This document shows positions 13,246 through 28,014 of a DNA stretch of 64,000 nucleotides, in pieces. Source of the stretch: the human T2T-CHM13v2.0 reference genome, Homo sapiens; NCBI RefSeq assembly GCF_009914755.1, contig NC_060941.1. The stretch is one strand, 5' to 3'. The notes below the pieces were generated by a model. The model saw only the letters and a program-made list of their open reading frames with translations, did no database searches and was not told the origin of the DNA. Position 1 is the stretch's first letter. Every line of letters starts with the position of its first letter. The position numbers were made by a program, and so were the translations under genes.

Positions 13246-13404
13246 GATAAAAATCATTATTAGTCTCCTCTCAAGATGTTTCCTCTCTCCATTCCTGAGG
13301 TCCTGGTATTAAAATCCTCTCCAATGCCTTCCTTATAATGTTCAGGAAACCTGACTAGTCTCTTAGAGGAATAGACAAGGTTCTAAGTGCAGGTCATCTA
13401 GCCC

Positions 13405-13566
13405 CGCACTAGTCAACCATTAATGTGCACATAAATCTGAATATCTTGATACATGAGAATTCTGATTCAGTAGGTATGGGTAGGGCCTGGGACTCTGCAT
13501 TTCTAATAGCCTCCCAGGAGATACTAATACTGCTGGGCCATGGCCCACACTCTGAGTGCTAGGGGC
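13405..13566. mobile_element. MER5A-family (hAT-Charlie)
   Basis: TTCTGATTCAGTAGGTATGGG...TGCATTTCTAATAGCCTCCCAGG core. Confidence 0.8.
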
Positions 13567-13654
13567 TAGCCCACAGGGTAAACATTTGTTCTTGGGAAAT
13601 GTACACAGCTTGTGGGAGGGAGGGTTGTAGGGGAAAAAGGGGAGATATTGGTCT

Positions 13655-13716
13655 TTTCTCTCCCTCCCTCCCTCCCTTCTTCTTTCCTTCCTTCCTTCCT
13701 TCCTTCCTTCCTTCCT
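13655..13716. repeat. (CCCT/CCTT)n polypyrimidine microsatellite
   Basis: Read directly. Confidence 0.9.
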
Positions 13717-15809
13717 GGTTACTTTGCTTTCACAGGCTGAGCCTCCACTGTCCAAAGAATGGAGGGCTATAGAATGACCCAAGCCAGGACAATTCAGTTG
13801 TTCAATCCAGCCCTGCTTCCTTCCTCTTTCAACAAGCAGGAATTGCATAGCTATTATGTGCCAGACACCACACACAGAAAGAAGGCCAAAGAAACAAAAT
13901 TCCTTCCTATAACCAAAAACCAGTGAGACAGCCCTTGATGGCTACAGGACTCTGGGTGAGATCTTTACACTGACATATTTTAGAAACTTGGGACCAATAA
14001 GGAGAGCAAAGCCACTACAGAGGTCAGAGTAGATATTGTTTCCATAGCCACTGATCAAGAGGTCAGGGGATTGCAGGCTGTTTCCAGGAATCGTGAGGGG
14101 CCAGGGGAGGGGAGGAGTCATAGCAACATTGACCCAGACAGCACTGTCTGGGAGGAAAAGGGTACAGCCGGGATAGGCAGGCCACGGGCCCAATCCCAGC
14201 TCTCCAGGTCCTCCCTGGGAGACTGAAGCTCCCTAACCTGTTAGTAAGAGCACCTCCATCCCAGAGATGCAGGAAGGATGAGTGTGATCCTGTGTGCACA
14301 GTGCAGTGCCAGGTACATCCCTCTCTCCATGTCTGGGAGCTCCCTTCTCCAGCCATCCGAGGGAGCTGGGGATTTGGTCTGCAAGTGACAGATTGAGCAG
14401 CATTGAATTATAAGGCGTTGGTTCTTTTGTTTGTTTATTTCCCATCGCAAGCCTGTCTACTCAATAATTCAATTCAACAAGCCCTACTTAAGCTCTACCT
14501 TATTCTAAGGGCTGTACAGTGCACTGGAGGGGATAGAAAAATAAAGATAAATAAGACTCCATTCCTGCTCTCAAGGAACTTCCTGTCCTGCCAATGAGGA
14601 AGCTAGACACCCTTACACAGCCCTACTCCCCAGAGAGGGGCCCAGGGTAGCAGTCAGCAACATAAACAACTATCACAAGTGCATGGAATCAGCTGTGGGT
14701 ATTATTGCAAAGACGGAAATCTGATTCTATTTGCTCTGTAACAGGGTTAAAATTTCCCAAAATTTTATTAAAGAAGAAAACAAAAATACAGATTCTTGGT
14801 GGCATCTGATGAAAAGGTCAAGACATCAAAGATACCTGAGCATGCCCTCTGAAATACATCCACTATTGTTCTTTTAATCCTCACTCCATCTATACACACA
14901 CATAAATCTGATGTCAGGTAAATTGAGATCAATGCTATAATTAAGATGCCCAAATAGCCCAGACTTTTGCTGGCCATCACAATTTCCCATATTCCATTCT
15001 GTTGTCTCCCTAGGTACATGAGTGCTTGCCGGGTCAGTTGTCCTGATGTGGGGCTGGGAAAATGTGGTCGCCATAAGGATAATGGACAGTTAACCATGCT
15101 GGCTGCCTTGTTTTGGAACACCTAGCAGAGTGCAGCATAATAAACTGCTTTGTTGTCTCTCTCCAGCTCTAGGACAGGTTCTCCAGAAAGGCAGGGACTG
15201 TGTGTCTTATCAGTGGAAATTCTATGTGTCCAGGGACTGGTATGTAGATTGCTTTTCAAATGAAAAAAAAAACAACTAAATAACAGAAGACCCATTGCAT
15301 CTTGCATTGGTGAACAGCTGAATAAAAGGAGAAGGGTAGAAAAGAAGGAAAGGAAGGAGGAAGGAAGAAAGAGAATGGAAGAGGAATAGATCCCTTCCAC
15401 CTTGGAGGAATTGCTCCTTTGAGGAGGTGGGAGTTGTATCCGTTTATTATGATGCTAATGAAGTCTGACTTATTCTGGCAGGTTCCCAAACCTCTGCCTT
15501 TCTCCTCTGCCCCGTGCTCCCTCCAGTTAAAGATTAACGTGATCCTGATAGTGATGCTGTTTTGTGTGAGTCCAGGGCAGTCAGCACTGCTGAAAAGAAA
15601 AGAGCATCTAGAAACACTTGGGGCTCTCAACCCACACTCAAGGCCTAGGGTGCTTAGAGATTCATGTGGCAAGGGGGACTAGCCCCAGAGCTAGGGTCCC
15701 TGTTGCAAACCCAGCATTGCACCCTCCAAGACTCTAAGCAAGTCACAACTCGCTCCTCCTTTCTGAGTCTTAGTTTTCCCATCTGTAAAATGAGCATTTG
15801 AGATGTGAT

Positions 15810-16015
15810 CAGTGAGGTTCAACCTCTGCTCCCTGCAGTTGTAAGGAATCTACCAAAGTGGATGGAAAGAGGGAAGTCGAAGCTGGGAGAGGCCTGCCCC
15901 CACCCACCACTGTCAGAACAACTCAGCTTGTATCTATATATAGACTGGGCCTCTGCATAAAGTTTTCCTTTGAAGAAAGGGTTTTGAGGTTAAAAATAAC
16001 TTGAGAATTACTGGA
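15810..16015. mobile_element. MER103C-like hAT element nested in a MIR3-like SINE
   Basis: TTTCCTTTGAAGAAAGGGTTTTG...AAAAATAACTTGAGAATTACTGGA; MIR-like halves at ~15730-15810 and ~16015-16055. Confidence 0.65.
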
Positions 16016-17345
16016 TTGGATGTCCTCTGAGGTTTCTTTCAGCTTTGACATTCTACTTCCTTCCTTGAATCTATATCTTGAGCGCCCACTGCAAGTCAGG
16101 CACCATGCTGACTGATAGGAAAGGACTGGCGATCAAACCCCCATCCCACCCACAGGACCTCACGGTCCCAAGGTGGGGACGATGCAGCCATTCAGAGTGC
16201 CACACTTAAAAGCAGCAGCTGGCAAGTACTTAGTGGCAGGAGCCAGCTCCTGAGGGATCACACTCAACCCCAGGCAAGATGGTTCCCAAGCCATTTCTAG
16301 GAAATAATTCACAGGAGCTACTCCTCCAAAGTGAGTTTAGACACATGAAGAGGACAAGCTTAGGGATTCAAATGTGGAAATGCCCTGACTGCTACCTCTT
16401 ATCCCCAGGATTTCGCACAGGCATAAGGACACAAAGGCATCGGGTGCTCACCCGCATACCAGCGCTTTGCCTGAGTATTAAATCTTCATGCTCTTACAAT
16501 CTGGGCATTCTTATCTCCCTTGTACAGATGAGAAAACTGAGGTTCAAAACCACAAAGTGACTTGCTCTCCACCCTGCTTTCCACCGTCTAGAGTCAAGAC
16601 TCGCCACAGCCTTTACTAAAGATCATCTGGTCTCTACTTGGCCCTGTTATAGGGTATAAAGAGAAGAGTTGTTTGTCCATGGTGGGGCCAGAGTGACACT
16701 GAAGGGCCAGCATCCCCCTAGGGCCAGCGGCAGAAATTGGAATGGGAATCTTTGAGAAGAGGTGGAGCTGAGATCCTTGTCCGCTGCTCTCCTGCCAGCC
16801 CCTCCTTCCTACACAAACTTGGAAGCATGGAGTCTTGCATCCAGACCCGAGGCATTTCTTACAGTACGCGGATGGGTGAAAGGGTGCCCGCCACTCCACA
16901 GATCACTAGGGCTAATTGGACTGCCTTGGCTGGCTGGATGAGATCACCCTCATTTGTCCGTGGCCCATGCACAATCCCCCAAAGAGGCTGATTTTCCAAG
17001 GAACATCTGATCCTTCTTATGCCTAGAAATGGTTAAACATTAGGACTCAAACTGACCTAAGTTCCAATTCTGGCTCCTCTGTTTATTAGCAACCTGACCT
17101 TGAGTGAATCATTTAGCCCTCTCTGAATCTTGGCTTCTTCTCTGTAAAACAGAAACAGTAATACATTACAGGACTATTCCTCCTTTTTTTTTTTTTTTTT
17201 TTTTCCAGAATTAGTGTGTGATTTCTAATTTAATTTTTGTTTTCTTCTGTGTTATACATGCTTATAGTTTAAAGGTCAAATCATTATTCAAGACTTTTGA
17301 AAAAGAGCTGCCATCTCTCACTTCTCTAAGAAACTTTCAATTTTA

Positions 17346-17992
17346 GCAGCCTTATTGATATATAATCCACAAACGACACAATTCACCCACTTAATATGTA
17401 TGGATCAGTGGCTTTTGACACATTCACAGAGTTGTGCATTCTTCACCACCAATGATTTTAAATATTTTCATTATCCCCCTAAAAAGTCTCACCTCCCTTT
17501 AGCCATCAATTCCCAGCTTCCCCATCCCCTCCCTAATCCCAGCCCCTGTCAACTACTAATCTACTTCCTGTCTCTATAGATTTGCCTTCTCTGGACTTTC
17601 CTGTAAAGGGTACCATATAATATGTGATCTTTTTTGTGACTGGCTTCTTTCACTTAGAATAAGGTTTTCAAGGTTCACTCATGTTGTAACAAGTAGAGGT
17701 ACTTCATTTGTTTTTTTGCCATTTTGTAGATAGACAGTACCACATTTTATTCATCCACTCATCAGTCAATGGCTATTTGGGTTGTTTCCACCTTTTGGCT
17801 ATCACGAATAACATTGTATGAACATTTGTACACAAGTCTTTGTGTGGACATGTGTCTTTATTTATCTTGGGCACGAACCTGGGAGTGGAATTGCTGGGTC
17901 ATATGGTAACTATGTTTAACCAGCTAAGGAACTGCCAGGCTGTTTTCAGAAGCATCTTAGCCATTTTACATTTCCACCAGCAGTGCATGAGG
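17346..17992 (-). mobile_element. L1MB-type LINE-1 3' fragment inside a MIR
   Basis: CTACTAATCTACTTCCTGTCTCTATAGATTTGCC, GGCTTCTTTCACTTAG, GTGGAATTGCTGGGTCATATGGTAAC. Confidence 0.88.
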
Positions 17993-18764
17993 CACAGAGT
18001 TGTTCTTAGGAGGTTTCACTGAGATGATGTTTATGAAGTACCTAGTATGGTGTGTGACATGTAGTCAAAGAAATAATAGTTTCCTCTTTCCCTTGCTTTA
18101 TGATTATAATATGTCAGTGTTCTTAACACTTTTAACTCTTCTCAACACATAACCTAAGGCTACCTGCTCACCTAATTCTAAATCTAGGGCAGAGTTCCTT
18201 TTCCCAATTTATATCACAGTTGCATAGAGAAAGTTTCTTTAGTCAAATTAACCCCATGCATCAAGGGAGGGCATGCTAGGAGCCCCCAGCAGGACCTCAC
18301 TTGCTCATCCCCCAAACATAATTGGGAGGGCCAACTTTTGGCTTAACCTCACTTTATCACTATTGCTCATTCTTCTGGCATCTTGTACATCTGCACTGTC
18401 CCAGAGGCACTTGGGAACTCACATCCAAGTCAAGAATATGCTGTCTTCTTGGCATTAGGGTTACAACTCAGATCATGTACATCCTGCCCAGCACCCAGTG
18501 TCTATAGATAAGGCCCACCGAGCAAAGCTAGAACAAAACTCTAGGTATAGAATTCCAGCCCTGACTATCTAAGCCTCCCTCAAGCACAATGGGAGTCTGT
18601 AAAATACTCTAAGATAAAAGGACATGAAAGATGCAAGAAATAAATACAAGCAAGAGAACCATGGCAGGGGAAATTCACTCTAAGACAGCCTTTCCTGACT
18701 TTTGACCCCAACACCTTTAGCACGATGCCCTCTATAGTTTGCCCCAAGTCTCTTAGAATACCTC

Positions 18765-19257
18765 CTTTGTAGTAGCTAGGTTTCTTATGGTTGAAAGTTA
18801 TAAAAACCCAACTTGAGAAAGCTGAAGCTAAAATAGGACTCACTTGGCTCATTTAATAAAGAAGTCTGGGAGGGGGGAGGGGGACACATCTGAAATGATA
18901 CCACCACTTAAGTGCCCTCTTTCTTATATAAAGGTCTGTGGCCCTTTCCTGCTGGAGACAGGCTTCTCCATGGGGTTGTGTAGGTCGGACAGAAGGGTAG
19001 GGGTAGGTGTTGTGCCCTAGATATTTCTAGGCTTAAATAAATCCAGCTTAGTAATCTCAAGCACAAGGAAAGAGTTTTTTGCCCAAGTGTCTGATATAAA
19101 ATTCCAGGTCGAGCTTGGGCCATATGCCCACCCTGAGTTTGAAATGCTGAGGTTGGAAATTCCACTAGTACTGCATGGAATGGGAGACAGGAAATTCCCC
19201 AAAGATGGGGAGTTGTTTCCCCCAAGATGGGGAATCTTGAATAGACAAACATAACAG
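18765..19257 (-). mobile_element. MLT1 (J/K-like) LTR
   Basis: GGTTGAAAGTTATAAAAACCCAACT...TTGGCTCAT start and AATAGACAAACATAACA end. Confidence 0.6.
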
Positions 19258-20019
19258 CGCTCCTGTGTGTGGTTTTCCATCTTCTCAACAAGAACCACAG
19301 AGTCTCCCAGCACCTGGCTCATTGGCATTTAGGCCTCCTTATAACCACACCTTTTACCTACTGAATGCCCAGGATCTGCCAGGCACTACCCATGGGATTT
19401 CCCTAATCCTCCCAACAGGGTTCTAAGATAGGTGTTAGCACCCCATTCTACAGATAAAGAACCTGAGGCTCAAGGAGGTCAAGTAAGTTGCCAAAAGTCA
19501 CAAAGCTAGAAAGTGGCTGAGCTGAGATTCAAACTCTGAATCCAAATCCCATGTTCTTTTCTCTCATTCCCTCTCCTTAGTGACAACCCAACAGCCAGCT
19601 GGCATCTGCATGCTAGCCGCCAGCACAGGTGTGTTCTCTTAAACTTTCTGACAATGACTGAAGCCTTTTGAAGGAGGTTCCTCTGCCTCTCTCCATTCCC
19701 CATCATCCTTAGGCAGGCTGGCTCCCACCAGAGGAGGCTGGGATATTCATTACAAGGCTAACAAGCTTGTGCACCTGTCATTCAGTGACAGCACCTGAAT
19801 AAGCTTTCAAGACTCGCACAGAAGGACTGTCTCCCACCAGGCAGGGATGGCAGGAGATGTTCCAACAGGGTTAGGCATTGCGTGGGTTCAGCAGCAGCCA
19901 CAATTCAGCAGAGGGGTCTATCCTGGGTGTTCTGGCAGCTGGTGACCATGTCCTCTGGTTCCATGCTGACAAAATGACAGCCTAGCAGGCAGCCAACTTT
20001 ATTTCCAAGCTTCAATGGG

Positions 20020-20228
20020 CAATATAGCATGTGGGGTCTGGAGCCAGACTGTCTGGGTTTGAATCCTAACTCTCTCACTAACTCTACAACCTCAGTCAAG
20101 TTATTTAACTTTCTCTGTGCCTCAGTTTCCTCATCTGTGATATTACCATCAAGGTATTGTCATGAGGGAATAATAGAATAATACTCACAAAATGTTTTAA
20201 ACTGTGCCCCATAAATGCCAGCCATTAC
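20020..20228 (+). mobile_element. MIR SINE
   Basis: TCTGGAGCCAGACTGTCTGGGTTTGAATCC...CTCTGTGCCTCAGTTTCCTCATCTGT. Confidence 0.85.
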
Positions 20229-20659
20229 TAGTCCAGTGGCTCTGTGTACCCTTGACCAAAGGGAAGAGGAGGGAAGGGAGGGATAGCAGTTCCTTGTGCT
20301 CCAGGGTAGAATGACTAGATCTACCTCCTCCCAGGGGCAGCTATGACATCTTAGCTATCACCCAGATCTGGCTCCCAAGTTGTCTTATGGCCCTGGATGC
20401 TTCACTTGACCCTGAAGAGCTTTAGTTATGTTATCTGCAAAACAATGGTGATAACACCTGCCACTCCATGTAGTTTATAGCAGTGACAGCAACATGTGAA
20501 CTCTAAATGATGATTCACATTCAATAAGATGTCCTGGTGGGATTACTGGGAAAGTGGATGCAAAATGAAGGTAAGCAGGACCTTTCCCTAAGCAGATGCA
20601 AAAGTTAAGACCAGGCTCTGGGCATAGAAATCTGTGGGGGTTAAAATTCTCGTCATTCT

Positions 20660-20706
20660 TATCACCATCTCCATCATCATCATCATCATCATCACCATCA
20701 TCATCA
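20660..20706. repeat. (CAT)n microsatellite
   Basis: Read directly. Confidence 0.9.
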
Positions 20707-20817
20707 GAATATCAAATGTTGTTACTAAACGCTTGATTGCATATGGTAATTGATGGGACTATTTGAAAATAATTACCTGGTCTCTGCCCTTACCTGTGGA
20801 TAAGTTATTCTCTACAT

Positions 20818-21026
20818 TAATGGTTCTCAACTGGAGGTAATTTTGCCCCCCAAGGGACATTTGGCAATGTGTAGAGACGCTTTTTGGTTGTCATAACCAG
20901 GGAGGTTGTCACAACCAGTGGGTAGAGGCCAGGGATGCTGTTAAACGCTCTAAAATTACAGGAGAGTTCCATAGCAAAGAATTATCCAGCTCAAAACATC
21001 AATAGTGCTGAGGTTGAGAAGCCCTG
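20818..21026. mobile_element. MER20 (hAT-Charlie)
   Basis: GGTTCTCAACTGGAGGTAATTTTGCCCCCCAAGGGACATTTGGCAATG...GGTAGAGGCCAGGGATGCTG...GTGCTGAGGTTGAGAAGCCCTG. Confidence 0.88.
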
Positions 21027-21140
21027 CTTTACACTCTTGATATTTAAAGTGTGACTGAGGTCCAGACTTACCTGGGAGATTGTTTCTCAGGACTGTTGAA
21101 TAAGAATCTGTATACATATTACAGTTGAATAAGCATGCTT

Positions 21141-21919
<779 letters not shown>

Positions 21920-22969
21920 CTATTAAGCATGTAGGCCAAATGCAGGGCATTTGGGCATAGGGAAAACAGCAGACAGACTAACAGTGGATGATGGGAGGAT
22001 AGATGGATTGGCAGAATTAAGATTTGTTGAACACCTAACGTATGCCAAGCACTATGTAGGTTCTTTACATAGGTTATCTCATTTATCTCCAAGATAACCC
22101 TGGGCAGCAGGTATTCCTTCTCATTGTTACTGATGCTTACATATCTAAAGTCTGGAAAGACTATGTCAACCATGACATCCCTATCTACACATATGTAACA
22201 TTTTCCAGAGTCTGCCTACTGCCATCTAAACCAGATTATATGGGGAACATAGTTTCATAATATGCTTGTATGTAAAACCTTATTTACAGTTGGCATTTGA
22301 TATTAACCTCTAGTTTCTCACTCAAGTAGAGGCTTATCCTTTTTACATGCACAAGAATACAATTTTCTTCTTTGTTTTCTCTTAAAAGATCAATAAACAT
22401 CTTGTTTGCCCTTAACAAAAGTTATGTGAATTCTCTACAATCAGCACTTATTTCCTTTTATTAAGAGGATATTTCTACAGTTAACAATAAAGTTTAGTAA
22501 CATTGGGTCTTTATGATCCAAAAACTCAATGACTGCACAACAGGGATATAATAACAATAATATCTACTATTTATTAAACCCCTCCTGCTTATGATCGGCT
22601 TCATAGGAGCGCTGTTTATCACTTCTTATTCCCATTTTTCAGAAGAAGAAACTAAGGCATAGTTTAGGTCAGGATTGGACGTAAGACCTTCCTGGCTCTG
22701 AAGCCCAAGCTCTCTGCCTGCCCTCACACTGTCTCTTACTCGGAGTGGTCCTTGGCACTCCCTGGAATGTCAGCAGGGTCCAGTGCACGCGCTCACGGTT
22801 CCCATTCTACCTAACTACTCTCATTCCACGTCAGAGTCGTGTTTCTCCAGGTCTCCTGCACCCTTCCATCAGCAGGACCCACCTTCCCTCCAGCTCCAAC
22901 TTAACCCTGGGCTTAGAAGATGTGGCACAAGAACTTCAATGCTAAAGGTAGATGGTTGTTGACCTGGCT

Positions 22970-23192
22970 CAGGGTCAGCGGACTTCTTCTGTAAAGTGTA
23001 AGATAGCAAATATTTTAGGCTTTGTAAGATATACAGTCTGCATCACACTTACTCAAATCTGCTATTGTAGCACAAAGGCAGTCAGAGACAAATACATTAC
23101 AAAATGGATGTGGCTGTGTTCCAATAAAACTTTATTGACAAAAACAGGTGGCAGGCCAGATTTGGGCCCCAGGCTGTAGTTTGCCAACCCCT
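22970..23192. mobile_element. MER58A (hAT-Charlie)
   Basis: AAATATTTTAGGCTTTG...GTGGCTGTGTTCCAATAAAACTTTATT...GTAGTTTGCCAACCCCT. Confidence 0.88.
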
Positions 23193-23203
23193 CACCCATA
23201 TGA

Positions 23204-23517
<314 letters not shown>

Positions 23518-23589
23518 TGATCTCTAGGGTTTTTGTTAACCCGCTGGTGTTCCGTGGCTTATGTATGAGAGAAAGGCCTAGACTAAAGA

Positions 23590-24135
23590 TTGAAAAATGG
23601 TGATCCGAGGCCACATCCAGCCCGCTGACAGGTTTTGTTCGACCCAGAGTGTTTATTTTTGTGATGATTTTTTAAAACATACCCAAAAGCAAAGACGAGC
23701 ATAATTAACCTGCATATACATACCATCCAGCTTCCCTATCACCATTTTGTCAATCTCATCTCATCTATCCCCAACACACCTTTTAGTTTCTGAAATATTT
23801 TAAAGCAAATCCAGACATTATATTATCTCACCCATAAATACTTCAGTGTGTCTCTCTAGCAGACAAAGACTTTTTAAAACCGTAACCACAAAACCATTAT
23901 CACCCTAACAAAATGAAGAATAATTCCTTATTAGTGTCTATTTAAATTTTCCTAATTGTCTCAAAAATGTCTTTTTACAGGTGGTTTGTTTGAATCCAAA
24001 TAAGGTCTATGCATTGTATTCATACAGAGCTTTTAAATTTTTGAATTAGTTGTCAACATGTGAAAATCTGGATTTCACATAAACATCAGGTTTTCAGCTT
24101 GTCTTGAAAAAAACCTGGAAGATCTTGCAACTTTG
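23590..24135. mobile_element. MER102-like hAT element split by an L1MC-type 3' fragment (~23660-24020)
   Basis: GGCCACATCCAGCCCGC...TTTTGTTCGACCCA, then TTTGAATTAGTTGTCAACAT...GATTTCACATAAA...GGAAGATCTTGCAAC; the insert has TTTTAAAGCAAATCCAGACAT and AAATACTTCAGTGTGTCTCTCTA, typical of L1MC4/5. Confidence 0.65.
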
Positions 24136-25359
24136 CCGCCTCCTTCCCCAGCAGCAGGAGATCAGTCGGCACACAATTTAGACAATGACCTGCCTTCTCC
24201 TGCCCCCACTATGGCCCCCACATTGTCACCCCTTCAACAGAATCCCTGAGGGCATTAGAGTTTGCCATTTCTACTTTTGCCGATCCACTCGCTCCCTCTC
24301 CCCTCCTATACAAAGTCACTCGAGCCATTCCCTGGCCTACTTTGCCCTCCACCTATGCCAAAGCTGCCCCTTTATCATTATTTTTCCTCCTTCAAAGCAA
24401 ATTTTCAGAGTGTATCTGATTCCAGAAGGGTGAGCAGAGAAGAGGGATTTGCCCAGCATGATCAGCCACCCCTCTAGCCCCTTGGGGTGGCTGCTTACAG
24501 GGAATTCAGGAAAGCTCCCCAGACCCCCTACACACACACCCTCCCACGCTGGCTCAGTTTGTGCCTGTTGCTCACAGAGCACAGAAACCTTGCTTTCAGG
24601 TGGAAAGAGAACAAGCCTGCCTCAAATTTGCTGTGTGACCTTGAAGAAATCACTCTCCCTTTCTGGGCCTCAATTGCCCCTTTTATACAATGAAGGAGTT
24701 CATGAGGGGGAAGGTCGGGGAAGAGGATGGTCCAAATTGAATTGCCAGGTGAGACATGAACATTCTGGAGCGGACAACCTTGTGATCCTGGGATTCTGTT
24801 GGCCGTACACGGCCTCTTCACCTCATCACTAGGATGGCCAAGGGAGGAGGGAGAGGGGAGGGGACATGAAATGGATCAAGAGCAAGGCCAGGAGAGGTGC
24901 CACCTTCAGGTCTGAGCAGGAGGGGGAAATAACACACACCCCTACTTTCCCTTCCACCTTCTCAGGCCATCATCTTCTGACTGTGGGTGCACATTGGTTC
25001 ATGATTCTCTTTCCCTTTGGGTATTGACTGGTCCTGTCTGGCCATGCCTCAAGAATGGCACATATAGGATATCCACCAAGGTAGGAAAGATGCTAAGGCT
25101 GGCTGTGAGCCTCTGTGGGGGTGTGTCCACATAGGGAAGAAATGGGATGGTGGTGATAGGTTCAGGGTCTGAAAAATATGATTCAGACAGTGGCCCATCC
25201 TGGGTGTTCAGTCATGCCAAGGAGTCCAGCTTCAGGAAAACCAGGTGGCAGTCCCAGCCCGGTGGGGCAGTCAAACACATAAACAAGCAATTACAACAAA
25301 ATGCGGTAAATACCAGAGTAAAAACATGCATCAGACACCTTGGAAACATAGAGGAAACG

Positions 25360-25770
25360 ATCTATTTGTTCATCCAGTTATATGTACCCCAACCGTGTTC
25401 CAAAAATGATATGTACCCCAACCGTGTCCCAAAAACGATTTCAAGAGGCCAGCAAAGCTCAATACAGATAACAAAGTGAAAATTAAGTAAATGAGGAAAG
25501 GGAAATGATGCAGGAAGAACAAGATGAAATCAAGGGTAAAGTTAATACCCAAAATATCTGCCGAGAGTTTCTACACTTTTGCTAGAATTAAGCCACAGAC
25601 TTGGCGCTGAGCTTCCTAGCAGTTGATGCAAAAGGAGAAAGCCCGGGAGTTGTCAAATATACAGTGTTCCTAAAAATACAGTCTGAAAATAGCTCTGGAG
25701 ATGCTCAAGCAATCCTGAGGCTGAGACCAGAGAGATAATTTCCTCTCTAGGCTGTTCTAAGGAAGAGCCC
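25360..25770. mobile_element. MamRep605-like ancient repeat
   Basis: TGTTCCAAAAA..GATTT..GAGGC and GCCACAGACTTGGCGCTGAGCTTCCTAGCAG motifs. Confidence 0.5.
25380..25437. repeat. 29-bp tandem duplication (2 mismatches)
   Basis: ATATGTACCCCAACCGTGT(T/C)CCAAAAA(T/C)G x2. Confidence 0.93.
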
Positions 25771-25934
25771 CTAAAGCCACGGGAGCAGTATGCGGAAACT
25801 CTCTGCACCATATTTGCAACTTTCCTGTAAATCTCAAAATGTTCCAAAATTAGATTTAAAATAGAAAATCCACAGGTAGAGCCCAATTGTAGCTCCAAGT
25901 GCCCCTCCGCACTGCACGGACCTGACATAAATTG

Positions 25935-25970
25935 GTGCTATTCCGATTTGTAACTCCAGGGGGCGCCATG
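25935..25970 (+). promoter_or_regulatory. Candidate CTCF site, probably MER91-derived
   Basis: ACTCCAGGGGGCGCCA core preceded by TGCTATTCC (upstream-motif-like); the CpG is retained in a CpG-poor region. Confidence 0.55.
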
Positions 25971-28014
25971 CACACAGGCACAAGGTCTGACACATAGTAG
26001 GTTCTCTATATTGTAAATATCAACTGATAAACCCTTGAGTGGTCAAAATGGACATTTTGGGGGCCTCGAGAAAGGACTGTCTATTATACATGAAGGATAT
26101 GGACCCTGAACTGAGGGAGTACTTACTAGATAATCCCAGGTGTTTAGGGGCATTTTAAACTACCTTGATAGGCATCAATAATTTGACATTTTCGTCTATG
26201 CCTATTGGTTTCTGTAAATGTCATGTCCTTGGGCAGTAACAAAGTCACAGGATAGAATTTAGAGTAGGATTTGCAGAACCATGACAAGATTTGGGAGAAC
26301 CATTTTGAATAAGCAATTGGACTTTAACTGGCTCTCTTTTTTTCCCTTTTTCAAAACTATTAACTTTAAAGTGACACAATAATTTTCTTTCAGTAAAACT
26401 ATAGTTGTTCATCACCAGAACATTATCCGGGATATCTGTCCTTAAGGCTACAAGGAAAACAAGATGACGGGAAGGAAATGGAAGGCATGAGAAAGATGCT
26501 ATGCTGAATTCTGAATGTTGTCACATATGGCCTGCCTTATTTTAGTCACATTAAAATCCCTAGTTGATCTCTAGACCAATACAACAAACCACAGCCTAAA
26601 TCTGTGACTGGGCCTCACACAAAATGATGGAATTCTTAACCAGAACATGATTCTTAGTGCGAATATATAATCCTTTAGTAAAAATGCTGTGGTGTACTTT
26701 TTAGCTATACCTTTGTAATATGGATACATCTACCTGAGATTCCCATTTCCAGCCGCCACTCCCTCAGCAAAACCAAAACAAAACAAAACAAAAGACCCAG
26801 GGTAATGGGATAAATAAGCAATGGTCTCTAATCATGCAGTTGATACAACAGTAAGCTTCCTAGGGCAGGAACGTCAGGGAAGCTTTCCCAGAAGAGGTGA
26901 CTTTGGGCTAAGTCCTCAAGGATAAGTAGGAGGTTGCCAGTTCGACAAGGGAGAAACAGGGGAAGGCAAGGACTTTTAGGCAGATGGGAAAGCAGTGATA
27001 CCTTCCATTTGCCCCTTTGGAATCACTCTCTCCACCCTCCTCTGGGACCCATAGCTTCCCACAGAGTTTGGCCAAGGGGATGCTGAAGATGTTGGTGCTT
27101 CCCCTGCTGCAGCCAGCATCGACTTCCTGCCTGAACTTTGAGTGGAGGAATTAGAGGAGGGCGTCTAAAGATGGAGCTAATGGTGCACTTTAATTGGGAA
27201 AGATGAACATGTGGGTTCCAGGGCATACACACTCCCTGCTCTCTGTGTGGAAGATGATGCCAGAAGCCTTTCCAAGGTGAGTTACAAACAAAGTGCCCCA
27301 ACCAGCCTGCTCACCAAACCTCCTAATTATGCCAGCCTTGAGCCAAAAATTCTATCCTAACCCAATGGGAGGGTGGAGGTCAGAGGGATACAGCTGTCTG
27401 CCTGAGTTCCAATCACAGGTCTGAATAGGTCATTTCTTGTATCACGCATTTCCCCCAGAAAGGGCTGAAATGCTTTTCCAACACAGGAGAGGTCAGAATA
27501 GGACCAGTCACAAAGCCAGAGCTTGTGGTCTCAGAGAAGCTGCCCAGGAGCCTCCGGGCTTCCACTCCTCTGCCCACACATCCTCCCAACCTTGGTCTTG
27601 TGGCATCTTTCCAGACACTGTCAGGGATGGTAGGCCATGGAAAGATTCAAAGACCAGGACAGTGGTGCTCAGAACTTTGGTGCACAACAGACTTCAGGGA
27701 GAATGTTGACAATAAAAACATCAGGATGGTTTAGGGCATCTGTGTGGTTAGCAAACTCCCTGTGTGTCTCTGAGGCATGCCAGAGTTTGAGCCTACTGGA
27801 CAAAGGAAATCCTCAGATGGAAAAAGGATGGATGTCTCTATTTGGTAAGCATTTATTATTGTCACTACTACTATTAATATTGTTAGAAGAATTGAATTTT
27901 ACAGCAAATGTTGTAATAGTCAAGTAGCTGAATGATAATTACCAATAATGATAATATCATGATTTGCAGCTACTGTGTACCAGGCTCATTTTGTGCATGA
28001 AAACATATCCTTAC

